Positions 50,684-61,120 of a DNA stretch of 64,000 nucleotides are shown here, in pieces. The translations under genes and the position numbers were made by a program. Origin of the DNA: Bacteroidota bacterium. Its GTDB lineage: Bacteria; Bacteroidota; Bacteroidia; Cytophagales; Cyclobacteriaceae. Below the pieces are notes generated by a model. That model did no database searches. It was not told the DNA's origin and saw nothing but the letters and a program-made list of their open reading frames with translations. The stretch lies in NCBI GenBank assembly GCA_047947195.1, contig CP170458.1, positions 2,727,122 to 2,791,121 on the forward strand. The letters are read 5' to 3'. Every line of letters begins with the position of its first letter. The stretch's first letter is position 1.

Positions 50684-51655
50684 ATGAAAAGTATAGGAGT
50701 TTTTACTTCAGGAGGTGATGCACCTGGGATGAATGCAGCAATACGGGCAGTAGTAAGGTCATCACTATTCCTTGGAATCGACGTGTATGGTATCAAATAC
50801 GGTTATAATGGAATGATCGATGGTGATATCTACAAGATGAAATCCTACTCAGTAAGTAATATCGTACAGCGAGGAGGAACCATACTCAAATCTGCGCGAA
50901 GCAAGGAGTTCATGACAAAAGAAGGCCGTGCCAAAGCTTTTGAACAACTGAAGAAAAGAGGCATTGAGGGACTGATCGCAATCGGTGGAGATGGTACATT
51001 CACTGGTGCAAATATCTTCCATGAAGAATATGGGATTCCTGTAATTGGTGCTCCCGGAACTATTGACAATGATCTATATGGGTCTGACTATACCATAGGC
51101 TTTGATACTGCAGTAAACACTGCGCTGGATGCCATCGATAAAATCAGAGATACGGCAGCCTCCCACGATCGGGTGTTCTTTGTTGAAGTAATGGGAAGAC
51201 ATTCGGGTTATATAGCCATTCACTGTGGTATAGGCGGGGGCGCCGAACTGATCATGGTACCAGAAACAAGCACAACTATCAAAGATGTTATTGAAACACT
51301 AAAAAAAGGACGCGACAAAGACAAAACATCGTCTATTGTTGTCGTAGCTGAAGGTGATGAACAAGGTAATGCCCAGGAAATCGCTTCAAAAGTTTCACCT
51401 GAGTTTCCTGAGTTAGATATCCGTGTTTCAAACCTTGGCCATATTCAGCGAGGAGGTGCTCCTACTTCCTTGGATAGGATACTTGCTTCAAGACTTGGAT
51501 TAGCCGCAGTAGAAGGGCTCATTAATGGAGAAAAAAATGTGATGGTGGGTATTGTTAATGATAAAATTACTTACACCAGCCTTAAATTAGCCATCTCTAA
51601 GTCAAAACCCATCAATGAAGATCTGATGCGGCTAACAGAGATATTAAATACCTAG
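50684..51655 (+). CDS. pfkA: ATP-dependent 6-phosphofructokinase.
   Basis: GVFTSGGDAPGMNAAIRAVV, GGDGT and MGR are present. Confidence 0.93.
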   Translation: MKSIGVFTSGGDAPGMNAAIRAVVRSSLFLGIDVYGIKYGYNGMIDGDIYKMKSYSVSNIVQRGGTILKSARSKEFMTKEGRAKAFEQLKKRGIEGLIAIGGDGTFTGANIFHEEYGIPVIGAPGTIDNDLYGSDYTIGFDTAVNTALDAIDKIRDTAASHDRVFFVEVMGRHSGYIAIHCGIGGGAELIMVPETSTTIKDVIETLKKGRDKDKTSSIVVVAEGDEQGNAQEIASKVSPEFPELDIRVSNLGHIQRGGAPTSLDRILASRLGLAAVEGLINGEKNVMVGIVNDKITYTSLKLAISKSKPINEDLMRLTEILNT

Positions 51656-52561
51656 TCTTTCATTAATTAGCCCAATACATTGATCTGTCTGATCCGGACT
51701 CAGCCATAAAATCTCCGGATCCTTACGAAACCAGGTATACTGCCGCTTGGCATAACGCCTGGAATTCCTTTTCAATAATCTGATGGCTTCCTCTCTATCA
51801 TAATCACCATCAAAATATTTGAAAATCTCACTATAACCTACAGTTTGGAGGGCATTATGATCTTTGAACTTCAGAAACTTCCTGGCTTCCTCAAATAAAC
51901 CCATCTCGATCATTTGATCCATGCGATCATCAATCCTTTGATATAGCATTTCACGATCCATAGTCAACCCTATTTTTAGATTGTCAAATGGTCTGTAGGA
52001 CTTATCTTTCTTTCCTTGAAATGATGAAAACTTCTTACCTGTGCCTCGGATCACTTCAAGTGCTCTTACTATCCTGTGAGGATTATTTTGATCTACTGAT
52101 TCAAAAAATCTTGGATCCTGAGTCGATAACTCCTTTAAGAGATTTCCAAGACCCTGATTTTCAAGTTCTATCATCAACTCCTGCCTGATCCCCGGGTCTA
52201 TTGACGGAATACTATCCATCCCTTCCCAAAGTGCTTTAAAATATAATCCCGAACCTCCTACAGCTACAACTACCCGGTATTTTTCAAAAAGATCTTCTAA
52301 CGTTTCAAGAACCAGATCCTCGTATATACCAGCACTTATATTCTCAGCTATTGAATGAGAATTGATGAAATGATGTGTAACAGATTTCAATTCCTTTGCT
52401 GAAGGTTTTGCCGTACCAATTTCAAGTTCACGATAGAATTGACGGCTGTCCACTGAAATAATTTCTGACTTAAAATATTGGGCAATATTTATCGCAAAGG
52501 AGGTTTTCCCAACAGCGGTTGGGCCTACAATTGAGACCAATAATTTCAATGAATCACTCAT
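51644..52561 (-). CDS. miaA: tRNA dimethylallyltransferase.
   Basis: It has the P-loop GPTAVGKT and the usual MiaA length. Confidence 0.92.
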   Translation of the reverse strand: MSDSLKLLVSIVGPTAVGKTSFAINIAQYFKSEIISVDSRQFYRELEIGTAKPSAKELKSVTHHFINSHSIAENISAGIYEDLVLETLEDLFEKYRVVVAVGGSGLYFKALWEGMDSIPSIDPGIRQELMIELENQGLGNLLKELSTQDPRFFESVDQNNPHRIVRALEVIRGTGKKFSSFQGKKDKSYRPFDNLKIGLTMDREMLYQRIDDRMDQMIEMGLFEEARKFLKFKDHNALQTVGYSEIFKYFDGDYDREEAIRLLKRNSRRYAKRQYTWFRKDPEILWLSPDQTDQCIGLINERLGI

Positions 52562-52598
52562 GGATCGTAAATGTCATTAATTGGTTAATTTTAACCTA

Positions 52599-55500
52599 AT
52601 GGACCTAGCCGACAGCGATATTAAATCTCTTGAGAAAGAAGTACAACGATTAAAGCGTTTACTATCCAACAAAGAAAAAATTTTTGAGGATTCTAAAAAA
52701 CAAAATGCTGACCTGCTCAGGCAACTTTTTGATTCTTCGAATGATCTGGTTCAAATTTTTGATGATAAAGGTTATATTCAGTTCGTCAATGAAACCTGGA
52801 GAAACAAAATTGGATTTACAGAGAAGGAAGCCGAAAAACTGAATTTTTTTGAAACCATTCATCCGGAATCCAGGGAAATCGTCATCGCTCAAATTAATAG
52901 CCTCGATTTAGATCATCCTCAAGACTTTGAAACAGCTCTAATCTCCAAAAGAGGTAAAAGCATCTTTGTAAAAGGAAAGCTTATTGCTTCTCAAGCAGAA
53001 TCTAATAAAAAGGTCTTCCGATTCATCTGCTACGATATCACAGAGCGTCTCAGGGCCGAGCGAATACAAAGCATCTTCTATAAGATTGCCAATCTTACCA
53101 TTACTCAAAATAGACTCGATGACCTGTATCAAAGTGTCTATAAAGAACTCAGAGAAATCCTAAAGGTAAAGAACTTCAGTATTGCCCTAATCAAAAATCG
53201 GAAGCAGCCTGATTATGTATTTCGAGTGAATGAATATGAATCTCACAATGAGATCCAACTAAGTGGAGATGTCGAAAAACTATTGATTGACTTTACTTTT
53301 GAATGGGGTAAACCTGTCATGATTTACGATGATGGTCTTCGAAAGATCGCTGAGCAGAAAAAACAGAAACTGAAGGATCCACTACCAAATATCTGGCTTG
53401 GGGTTCTTATCAAGTTGGAGAATAAACCTTATGGAGTCATCTCAATCTCCGCCTATGATGATCATTCTTTCTTCAACAATACTGATCTTGAACTACTGGA
53501 TTTTATTTCGGTACAGATTGGATTGGCCAATGAACGGAAAAAGAATGAACAAAAAATCCAAAACCAGGCGGCAAGGCTGAATGCAATTTTTGAAAGCTCA
53601 ACACACCAAATCTGGTCAATTGACAGCAACTACGCATTCACTTCATTCAATAAAAATTATGCTGAGGCTTTCAATGCTTACTATGGCGATTACCCAAAAA
53701 TCGGACTAAGTCTTGAGGATCAGCATGTGGATTTAAGGATCACTAATTTTTGGAAATCAAGATATGATGAGGCATTCCAGGGCAAAGTGGTCAATTTTCA
53801 ACGGAAGCAAAAAACTACGGGGGGCACAACGGTATGGAGGGATGTTTTTCTAAATCCCATCTTTCTTCCCTCAGGAGAAATTGATGAGATCTCAGTCATC
53901 GCAAACGATATTACTGAGAAAAAAGTCTCTGAAACAGCGATAAAGGAAAGTGAGGAGAAATTCAGAGATATCTTTGAGTCATTCCAGGACATCTACTTCC
54001 GCTGTGACATGAGGGGTACCATCACCATGGTAAGTCCATCTATCTATGAAGTCACAGGTTACAAACAAAAAGAATTAATCGGAGGAAAAATTACCGAGTT
54101 TTTTAAATCAGATGATAGCCTGGAAGATCTTTTCAATGAATTGTACCAATCAAACAGGGTAAGAAACTTTGAAGTCTGTGTAATAACCAAGGAAAAGAAG
54201 ACCATCCAGTTTTTAAGCAACCTGAGACTTATTCACCGGAAAAGTGACAGTTATGAAGTTGAAGGAGTAGCCAGAGATATCACCCAATTAAAGAAAACTA
54301 ATGATGAGCTCCGGGAAGCCAAGGAAATTGCAGAGCGGTCCCTAAAAATCAAAGACCGGTTCCTGGCCAATATGAGTCACGAAATACGTACTCCGATGAA
54401 TGGTATCATTGGAATGATAGACCTTCTGGGTTCCACAAAACTGGATGACGAACAATCTAATTATCTGCGCACAACCAAAAAGTCTGCTGAAAGCCTCCTC
54501 AACATTCTCAATGATGTCCTTGACCTATCCAAGATAGAGGCTGGTAAAATGACCTTGAGAAGAGAACCCGTAAAGATCGAGGATACATTCCTTAAAATAT
54601 ATGACCTGTATTCTCAGCAGGCTTTCCTAAGTAAGAATTCGCTGTATTATCACCTTGATGAAACATTGCCTGAATACATCCTTACTGACGAAACACGATT
54701 TATGCAGGTGGTCTCTAACCTTACATCCAATGCGATTAAATTTTCTCCAAAAAAAGGAACGATCAACCTAAGTATACGGGTATTGAAAAAGAAGCGAAAC
54801 AAGTATACTTTCAAAATTTCCGTAAAGGACTCTGGGATAGGTATTTCAAAGCTAGACCAGGAGAAACTATTCCAAAGCTTTAGTCAAATAGATAATTCGA
54901 ACCGTAAAAATTTTTCAGGAACAGGATTGGGACTCGCCATATCAAAGGAATTGGTGAAATCAATGGGTGGTGAAATCGGTGTTGTATCCACACCAGGTTT
55001 AGGAAGTACATTTTGGTTCACATTTATTGCTGAGAGTATAGATTCAAAGAAAGTCCATACCCTAAAAGAAGACACAGCACTCACACGGCAATTTACTTCT
55101 ACCATTCCAAAGATTCTGCTGGTCGATGATAATGATATAAATCGAAACGTTGCCTCTAGCATTCTGAGTAAATCCGGGTGCGAGGTTATCGAAGTATCAA
55201 GCGGATTTGATGCCATCAAAAAGGTTAAAAAAATACATTTTGACCTTATCCTAATGGATATCCAAATGCCAGATATGGATGGAGTGGAAACTACCAAAGA
55301 AATTAAAAAACTGAATATTCCTGATCTCCCTCCAATTATCGCAATGACTGCTTATTCTATGGAGGAGGACAAAGAAAGTTTTATTCGTGAGGGATTAGAT
55401 GATTATATCTCAAAACCAATAAAAGCAAACGCCTTGATTGATAAAGTGAAGAACTGGCTAAATTTCGAGCCAATCAAGGTTAGTAATGACGTATTCATAG

Positions 55501-55853
55501 AGGAAAGCGAACACCTGGTAATCAATCAAAATACCTTACATCAGCTCCATAAATATGGCGGGAAAGAGCTTATTGAATCTGTTTTAAAGGATTTTGATAA
55601 AGAAGCCACCCAACAAATAAAAAATGCCAAATCTTTATTTAAGAAAAAGAATTATGAGGACATGAAACGGGAGTTGCACACCCTAAAAGGAAATGCAGGA
55701 ACATTGGGTATAGAGCAACTTTCAGGGTTGGCAGCTACCATTGAAAAATCACTAAAAGAGAATAAATTTGACAATATATTACCTAACTTAAAGCAGTTAG
55801 AGCACAGCCTAAAAGATTTCAAAGAGAGTTATACTAACTTCATTAATACCTAA
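52599..55853 (+). CDS. Cytoplasmic multi-PAS/GAF hybrid sensor histidine kinase (HisKA, HATPase, REC, Hpt). An alternative TTG start lies at 52581.
   Basis: It has MSHEIRTPMNGI, GTGLGLAISK, the REC block LLVDDNDINR...LILMDIQMPDMDG and the Hpt motif HTLKGNAGTLG. Confidence 0.85.
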   Translation: MDLADSDIKSLEKEVQRLKRLLSNKEKIFEDSKKQNADLLRQLFDSSNDLVQIFDDKGYIQFVNETWRNKIGFTEKEAEKLNFFETIHPESREIVIAQINSLDLDHPQDFETALISKRGKSIFVKGKLIASQAESNKKVFRFICYDITERLRAERIQSIFYKIANLTITQNRLDDLYQSVYKELREILKVKNFSIALIKNRKQPDYVFRVNEYESHNEIQLSGDVEKLLIDFTFEWGKPVMIYDDGLRKIAEQKKQKLKDPLPNIWLGVLIKLENKPYGVISISAYDDHSFFNNTDLELLDFISVQIGLANERKKNEQKIQNQAARLNAIFESSTHQIWSIDSNYAFTSFNKNYAEAFNAYYGDYPKIGLSLEDQHVDLRITNFWKSRYDEAFQGKVVNFQRKQKTTGGTTVWRDVFLNPIFLPSGEIDEISVIANDITEKKVSETAIKESEEKFRDIFESFQDIYFRCDMRGTITMVSPSIYEVTGYKQKELIGGKITEFFKSDDSLEDLFNELYQSNRVRNFEVCVITKEKKTIQFLSNLRLIHRKSDSYEVEGVARDITQLKKTNDELREAKEIAERSLKIKDRFLANMSHEIRTPMNGIIGMIDLLGSTKLDDEQSNYLRTTKKSAESLLNILNDVLDLSKIEAGKMTLRREPVKIEDTFLKIYDLYSQQAFLSKNSLYYHLDETLPEYILTDETRFMQVVSNLTSNAIKFSPKKGTINLSIRVLKKKRNKYTFKISVKDSGIGISKLDQEKLFQSFSQIDNSNRKNFSGTGLGLAISKELVKSMGGEIGVVSTPGLGSTFWFTFIAESIDSKKVHTLKEDTALTRQFTSTIPKILLVDDNDINRNVASSILSKSGCEVIEVSSGFDAIKKVKKIHFDLILMDIQMPDMDGVETTKEIKKLNIPDLPPIIAMTAYSMEEDKESFIREGLDDYISKPIKANALIDKVKNWLNFEPIKVSNDVFIEESEHLVINQNTLHQLHKYGGKELIESVLKDFDKEATQQIKNAKSLFKKKNYEDMKRELHTLKGNAGTLGIEQLSGLAATIEKSLKENKFDNILPNLKQLEHSLKDFKESYTNFINT

Positions 55854-55855
55854 AA

Positions 55856-56233
55856 ATGAATAAAAAGATCCTGGTTGCTGAAGATAGTTCGGTCATTCAA
55901 AACCTAACCAAGCGTGTATTAACTATGCAACAATACGAAGTCGTCGTTGTAAAGAACGGGGCACAGGTGATCGACAAGCTAAATAATGATCACTATGATC
56001 TTGTCTTATTGGATATTCATATGCCCATCATGGATGGGATGGAATGTGCTAAAAAGATCAGGGATATGCCAGATGCTAAAAAAGACATTCCTATCATTGC
56101 AATTACGGGCAATGCAAACAATTATAGCATGGAAGACTTCAAAAACACAGGCATCAATGATTACCTGCCGAAGCCATTAAATTATGATAACCTGGTAGAA
56201 GTCGTGAAGAAGTATCTGACAAATGAAAATTAA
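55856..56233 (+). CDS. Single-domain CheY-like response regulator.
   Basis: ILVAEDS...LVLLDIHMPIMDG...K. Confidence 0.85.
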   Translation: MNKKILVAEDSSVIQNLTKRVLTMQQYEVVVVKNGAQVIDKLNNDHYDLVLLDIHMPIMDGMECAKKIRDMPDAKKDIPIIAITGNANNYSMEDFKNTGINDYLPKPLNYDNLVEVVKKYLTNEN

Positions 56234-56498
56234 ATATAGTAAGCACTTTCTCAACAAACTGGAAGACTTGTTTTCTGAATCTGATTATGTGCTGCGATAC
56301 GAAAAAGGAAACTTCCAATCAGGATACTGTATACTCAAAGAGACTAAAATCGCCATCGTCAATAAATATTTCTCTTTGGATGGCAAGATCAATAGTCTGC
56401 TGGAAATATTAAAGTCTATCGAGATCGACACGAGTAAACTTAGCGATAAAAACAAACAACTTCATCACGAGATTAACCAAACCCAGCTTCAGTTTTGA
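56223..56498 (+). CDS. Hypothetical small protein overlapping both neighbouring genes.
   Basis: A 91 aa protein that overlaps the REC gene by 11 nt and the MBL gene by 4 nt. Its composition is coding-like. Confidence 0.4.
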   Translation: MKIKYSKHFLNKLEDLFSESDYVLRYEKGNFQSGYCILKETKIAIVNKYFSLDGKINSLLEILKSIEIDTSKLSDKNKQLHHEINQTQLQF

Positions 56499-57256
56499 TA
56501 ATTACATTTCTGGGTACCGGTACTTCGCAGGGTGTACCTGTGATTGCATGCGAATGTGATATCTGTCAGTCTGTCGATTTCAGAGATAAACGGACCAGAA
56601 GCTCTATTCACATTGAGATCGAGGAGCTTAGCCTGATCATCGATACGGGTCCGGATTTTAGATCACAGGTATTGAGGGAAAGAATTAAACGGCTTGATGG
56701 CATATTATTCACACATCAGCACAAAGATCATACAGCCGGAATGGATGATATCCGTAGTTTTAATTTTCATCAACAAATGGATATGCCTATCTATGGAACG
56801 AAAATGGTCTTTGATCAATTAAAACAGGAATTCTCTTACGTTTTTAAAGAAGACAAGTATCCAGGTATTCCAAGGGTCGAGCCAATCCTGATTGATGAAA
56901 AGCCCTTTAAAATTGGAAATACTGAAATCATCCCCATCCAGGTAATACACTACAAACTTCCGGTTCTAGGTTTCAGAATTGAAGACTTTACTTATATCAC
57001 GGATGCCAAACAGATTCCTGAATCAGAAATTGAAAAGATCAAAGGATCTAAAATCGTAGTTTTAAATGCGCTGCAAAGAGAGGAGCACATTAGCCATTTC
57101 ACTTTAGAAGAAGCCCTGGAAATGGCTGAAAAACTAGGCGCCGAAGCAACTTATCTAACTCATATCAGTCATAAACTAGGGAAACATCGTGATGTTGAAG
57201 TTGAGATACCTGAAAATGTTCACCTGGCGTACGATGGCCTTAAACTTACTTTATAA
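56495..57256 (+). CDS. MBL-fold metallo-hydrolase (PhnP/RNase Z-like).
   Basis: HQHKDH is a variant of the HxHxDH motif, and C-terminal His/Asp ligands are present. Confidence 0.7.
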   Translation: MIITFLGTGTSQGVPVIACECDICQSVDFRDKRTRSSIHIEIEELSLIIDTGPDFRSQVLRERIKRLDGILFTHQHKDHTAGMDDIRSFNFHQQMDMPIYGTKMVFDQLKQEFSYVFKEDKYPGIPRVEPILIDEKPFKIGNTEIIPIQVIHYKLPVLGFRIEDFTYITDAKQIPESEIEKIKGSKIVVLNALQREEHISHFTLEEALEMAEKLGAEATYLTHISHKLGKHRDVEVEIPENVHLAYDGLKLTL

Positions 57257-57291
57257 GATAAGATTCTACATTTGCCGGTAAAACCCGGGGC

Positions 57292-58830
57292 ATGTTTCAC
57301 AACTTTTTCTTTCTAAAACGCCTGGCCGAAGCGCTTAAACCGACTATTGTTGGAATGAAACTTTGTGAGTGCTTCTCCCAAAACAAAGATGAGCTCATCC
57401 TGGGTTTTGCCAATCAACAAAAGGAATTCTTTATCAAAGCCTCACTCCTACCGGAAATATGTTTACTACAGTTTCCAAATGAATTTAAAAAAGCCAATAA
57501 AAACTATGTAGATCTGTATTCAGAAATCATCGGCCAACAGGTATCTGATGTTTGGGCATTTGACTATGAAAGATCCTTTAAAATTAGTCTGGAAAACACT
57601 GATCTGATTTTTAAAATGCATGGATCAAGATCCAATATTTTAATAGCTAAAGATGGGGTGATCTCACGAATATTTAAGAACCAACTTAAAAATGACCTCA
57701 GTATCAAGCCAGCTGAACTTGCGCGAGACATCAAAATAGACCAAACCTATTTTAATGCTTTGAATGGCGATCTTAGGAAAGTTTTACCAGCTCTTGGCAA
57801 AGAAGCAGTTAATTATCTCAATGAGCAGGATTATAAGGAAAAATCACTTGCTGAAAAGTGGAGGTTATTCACCGAACTGTTGGATCAACTAGATAATAAT
57901 CCCATTCGAATATATAAGGATGAGGTGCCAAAAATTTCTCTTTTACCACTGAATGAAGAGTTGGTGCTGGAAACAAATGACCCAATATTAGCTGCAAATG
58001 AATTCTATAGCTTATTTACATATAACCATTATTTACATTACGAAAAATCTATTGCTTTAAGACAAATAGATAAAGCCATTGGAAAATGTGACGGCTACAT
58101 TGAAAATTCTCAAAAAAAGCTGGAGGAGTTGAAGACCCGCAGAAATTACGAAGAGATTGGTCACCTGATCATGGCCAACCTGCATCAGATTAAGCAGGGA
58201 AGCAAAGTGGCGAAGCTCCTGGATTTCTATCATGGAAACGAGATTGAAATCAAACTTAAGGAAACACTTTCCCCTCAGAAAAATGCCGAGCAGTATTATC
58301 GGAAATCTAAGAATCAAAAAAAGGAAGTTGAGATACTCGAAAGAAATATTTCAACGAAAGAAGCCGAGCTGTTAGACCTTCTGCAAAAAAGAGAGGAAAT
58401 AACCGCATTGGATGAAATTAAACAACTGAGAAAGCATGCCATCAACAAGGAAGCGAAACAATCCAATAAAAATGAGCCTTTCATTAGATATCAATTTATG
58501 GACTATGAGATCCTGATTGGCAGAAATGCAAAGCAGAATGATGAACTTACCCTGAAATATGCCACAAAAAATGACCTATGGCTGCATGCCAAGGATGTGG
58601 CTGGATCTCATGTTGTGATCAAAGTCCATCCCGGAAAAACATTACCAAATCCGGTCATTGAAAGAGCTGCCCAACTTGCTGCCTGGAATTCTAAAAGGAA
58701 AAACGAAACACTGTGTCCAGTGATCTATATTCCCAAAAAGTTTGTTAGGAAGAGAAAAGGTGATCCCCCCGGTGCCATGGTAGTTGAAAGAGAAGAAATC
58801 GTAATGGTTGAGCCGAAAGGATTGGGTTAA
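57292..58830 (+). CDS. NFACT (FbpA/RqcH-like) RNA-binding protein with a DUF814 domain.
   Basis: It has an N-terminal NFACT-N domain, a coiled coil, and a C-terminal LWLHAKDVAGSHVVIK (the DUF814/NFACT-R signature). Confidence 0.7.
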   Translation: MFHNFFFLKRLAEALKPTIVGMKLCECFSQNKDELILGFANQQKEFFIKASLLPEICLLQFPNEFKKANKNYVDLYSEIIGQQVSDVWAFDYERSFKISLENTDLIFKMHGSRSNILIAKDGVISRIFKNQLKNDLSIKPAELARDIKIDQTYFNALNGDLRKVLPALGKEAVNYLNEQDYKEKSLAEKWRLFTELLDQLDNNPIRIYKDEVPKISLLPLNEELVLETNDPILAANEFYSLFTYNHYLHYEKSIALRQIDKAIGKCDGYIENSQKKLEELKTRRNYEEIGHLIMANLHQIKQGSKVAKLLDFYHGNEIEIKLKETLSPQKNAEQYYRKSKNQKKEVEILERNISTKEAELLDLLQKREEITALDEIKQLRKHAINKEAKQSNKNEPFIRYQFMDYEILIGRNAKQNDELTLKYATKNDLWLHAKDVAGSHVVIKVHPGKTLPNPVIERAAQLAAWNSKRKNETLCPVIYIPKKFVRKRKGDPPGAMVVEREEIVMVEPKGLG

Positions 58831-58834
58831 GCAC

Positions 58835-60268
58835 CTACTCCACCAGGTCAATCCTTAACATATTGGTATGCCCTTTCCAGTGCAGTGGCATAGAGGCTGT
58901 ATTGATAAAGATATCTCCCTTCTCCAGGCAACCATTTTGGCAAAGGAATACTTCAAGCTCATTCATGGTCTCATCTATCCCTTCAAATTTTTCATAATAG
59001 AATCCGGCAACTCCCCAGACCAGGCTCAACTGTCTTAAAAGCTTTCTGTTACTGGTGAATATAAAGATATTTGATTTTGGTCGGTGCATTGCCACCCTGT
59101 AAGCGGTATAACCACTTTTTGTCATTCCAATAATGGCTTTTGCCCTGGTGGATTCAGCCAATCTGCAAGCAGCTCTGACCAAAAGGTCATTTAACCGGGT
59201 AGACGACTCTTCGTTTTCCTCTGAGAACCTAAAATAAATAGATTTTGAGTCCCCCTCTACTGCAGCAATGGTGGTCGCCATGGCTTTCACCGATTCTACC
59301 GGGAATTTTCCTGAAGCAGACTCTGCTGACAGCATGAGCGCATCAGCCCCATCAAGAACTGCATTTGCCACATCATTGGTTTCAGCCCTGGTTGGTCTTG
59401 GATTTTCGATCATGCTCTCCATCATTTGGGTAGCAATGATTACTGGTTTACCTAACTCATTACACTTTTTAACCATTCGCTTTTGAGCGATAGGTACATT
59501 TTCCATAGGAATCTCCACCCCTAAATCTCCTCTAGCAACCATAATAGCATCTGTGGCATCAATGATGGCATCAATGTTTTGCAGTGCTTCAGGTTTCTCA
59601 ATTTTCGCTACTACCTTCGTATGTTTACCCGATGCCTTGATAATTTCCTTCAGATCCAGGATATCTTTGGCGGTTCTTACGAATGAAAGTGCCACCCAGT
59701 CTACTTCCTGCTCCAGGCCAAACTTCAAATCTTCTGCATCTTTTTCGGTCATACTTGGTGCCGAAACCTTTGACATAGGTAGATTAATGCCCTTTCTGGA
59801 CTTAAGTATGCCGCCATGTATCACTTTAGTAACCAGGTGATCCGAATTCACCTCTTCAGTAATCAGTTCCAGGTTTCCATCATCAATCAAAATGACATCA
59901 CCCTTTTTGGCATCATTGACAATATTCTTGTAACTGGTACTTACCCGTTGACTATTTCCTAACACTTCATCAATACCGATGATTAATTGCTGACCATCTT
60001 TGATCTCAACGCCATTATTCTCAACCTCATTTACCCGGATCTTGGGACCTTGCAAATCCTGTAGCAAAGCGGCCTGGACACCCAATTCCTCATTAATTTC
60101 TTTGACGATTTCAATGACCTTTTTATGATCTGCATGCGTACCATGAGAAAAATTAAGTCTCAACACGTTTGCACCAGCTTCAATCAATTTTGTGAGTGTT
60201 TCCTTGTTGTTGCTTGCAGGGCCAACTGTTGCTACAATTTTTGATCTTTTAAAAAACAGGTTTTTCAT
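58835..60268 (-). CDS. pyk: Pyruvate kinase.
   Basis: KIVATVGPAS and MVARGDLGVEIP are present. The start is at the internal ATG (MKNLFF), not the ORF-track 60292. Confidence 0.92.
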   Translation of the reverse strand: MKNLFFKRSKIVATVGPASNNKETLTKLIEAGANVLRLNFSHGTHADHKKVIEIVKEINEELGVQAALLQDLQGPKIRVNEVENNGVEIKDGQQLIIGIDEVLGNSQRVSTSYKNIVNDAKKGDVILIDDGNLELITEEVNSDHLVTKVIHGGILKSRKGINLPMSKVSAPSMTEKDAEDLKFGLEQEVDWVALSFVRTAKDILDLKEIIKASGKHTKVVAKIEKPEALQNIDAIIDATDAIMVARGDLGVEIPMENVPIAQKRMVKKCNELGKPVIIATQMMESMIENPRPTRAETNDVANAVLDGADALMLSAESASGKFPVESVKAMATTIAAVEGDSKSIYFRFSEENEESSTRLNDLLVRAACRLAESTRAKAIIGMTKSGYTAYRVAMHRPKSNIFIFTSNRKLLRQLSLVWGVAGFYYEKFEGIDETMNELEVFLCQNGCLEKGDIFINTASMPLHWKGHTNMLRIDLVE

Positions 60269-60308
60269 TAGTATGGTTGTCTTAGGAGTCAATAACTGAT
60301 CAAATAGG

Positions 60309-60737
60309 TCAGAAAAGTAAGTTTTCTTTATGTTTTATTCGATCCAATTCAATCTTCGTCACATAATCTGCGAAGTTGAGATCGCGAATTTGTTCATAAA
60401 TTTTTTCAGCCCATCCGTCTTCGGTAAGATTTTTTACTTTTAGCAAATAGTCAAATCTCGAAAGCTCCTGAATTAAATATTGGTTTGCCCCATTATTTGA
60501 TGGAACAAGCTTATTTCTTAATAAATGAACCAGGGTAAAGTCATCCTCATAGATCAAATTCGAAATATGAATTTGTCTATTTTCCGTAAAATCGATTTTT
60601 ATATCGTCAGCTTTTACCAGGTGAAATAGATTTAACTGGTTCAAATTCCACGCTAATTTATATTCTTTAACCGTGGAAACAATGCCAATCAATTCAAAAT
60701 CGAAGTCATAAACTGCCGTTAACCTGGTCTTTTTCAT
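60309..60737 (-). CDS. IPExxxVDY-family small protein (function unknown).
   Basis: A 142 aa protein. The IRDLNFADYV block fits the family-name motif. Confidence 0.45.
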   Translation of the reverse strand: MKKTRLTAVYDFDFELIGIVSTVKEYKLAWNLNQLNLFHLVKADDIKIDFTENRQIHISNLIYEDDFTLVHLLRNKLVPSNNGANQYLIQELSRFDYLLKVKNLTEDGWAEKIYEQIRDLNFADYVTKIELDRIKHKENLLF

Positions 60738-60865
60738 GATTTGCTGTCAGATTCAAAATTATCCAAAAGCAGCTTGAATCATACCTGCAAGGTGATTTAA
60801 ATTAGTTTGATTATATTGGTTTTAATGTATTTCTTTGCACAGAATTTTAACTAAACCTCATAAAA

Positions 60866-61102
60866 ATGTCAGAAATAGCACAAAAGGTAAAGTCAATCAT
60901 CATTGACAAGTTGGGTGTTGAAGAATCAGAAGTAACTCCTGAAGCGAGTTTTACCAATGACCTAGGAGCTGACTCCCTGGATACCGTGGAGCTTATTATG
61001 GAATTTGAAAAAGAATTCAACATCTCTATACCTGATGATCAGGCCGAGAATATTGCAACAGTAGGCCAGGCTATCTCCTATCTAGAAGATAACGTTAAGT
61101 AA
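60866..61102 (+). CDS. acpP: Acyl carrier protein.
   Basis: [17 protein letters not shown], with the phosphopantetheine attachment Ser. Confidence 0.97.
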   Translation: MSEIAQKVKSIIIDKLGVEESEVTPEASFTNDLGADSLDTVELIMEFEKEFNISIPDDQAENIATVGQAISYLEDNVK

Positions 61103-61120
61103 TTACCCTACCTTCCTTTT

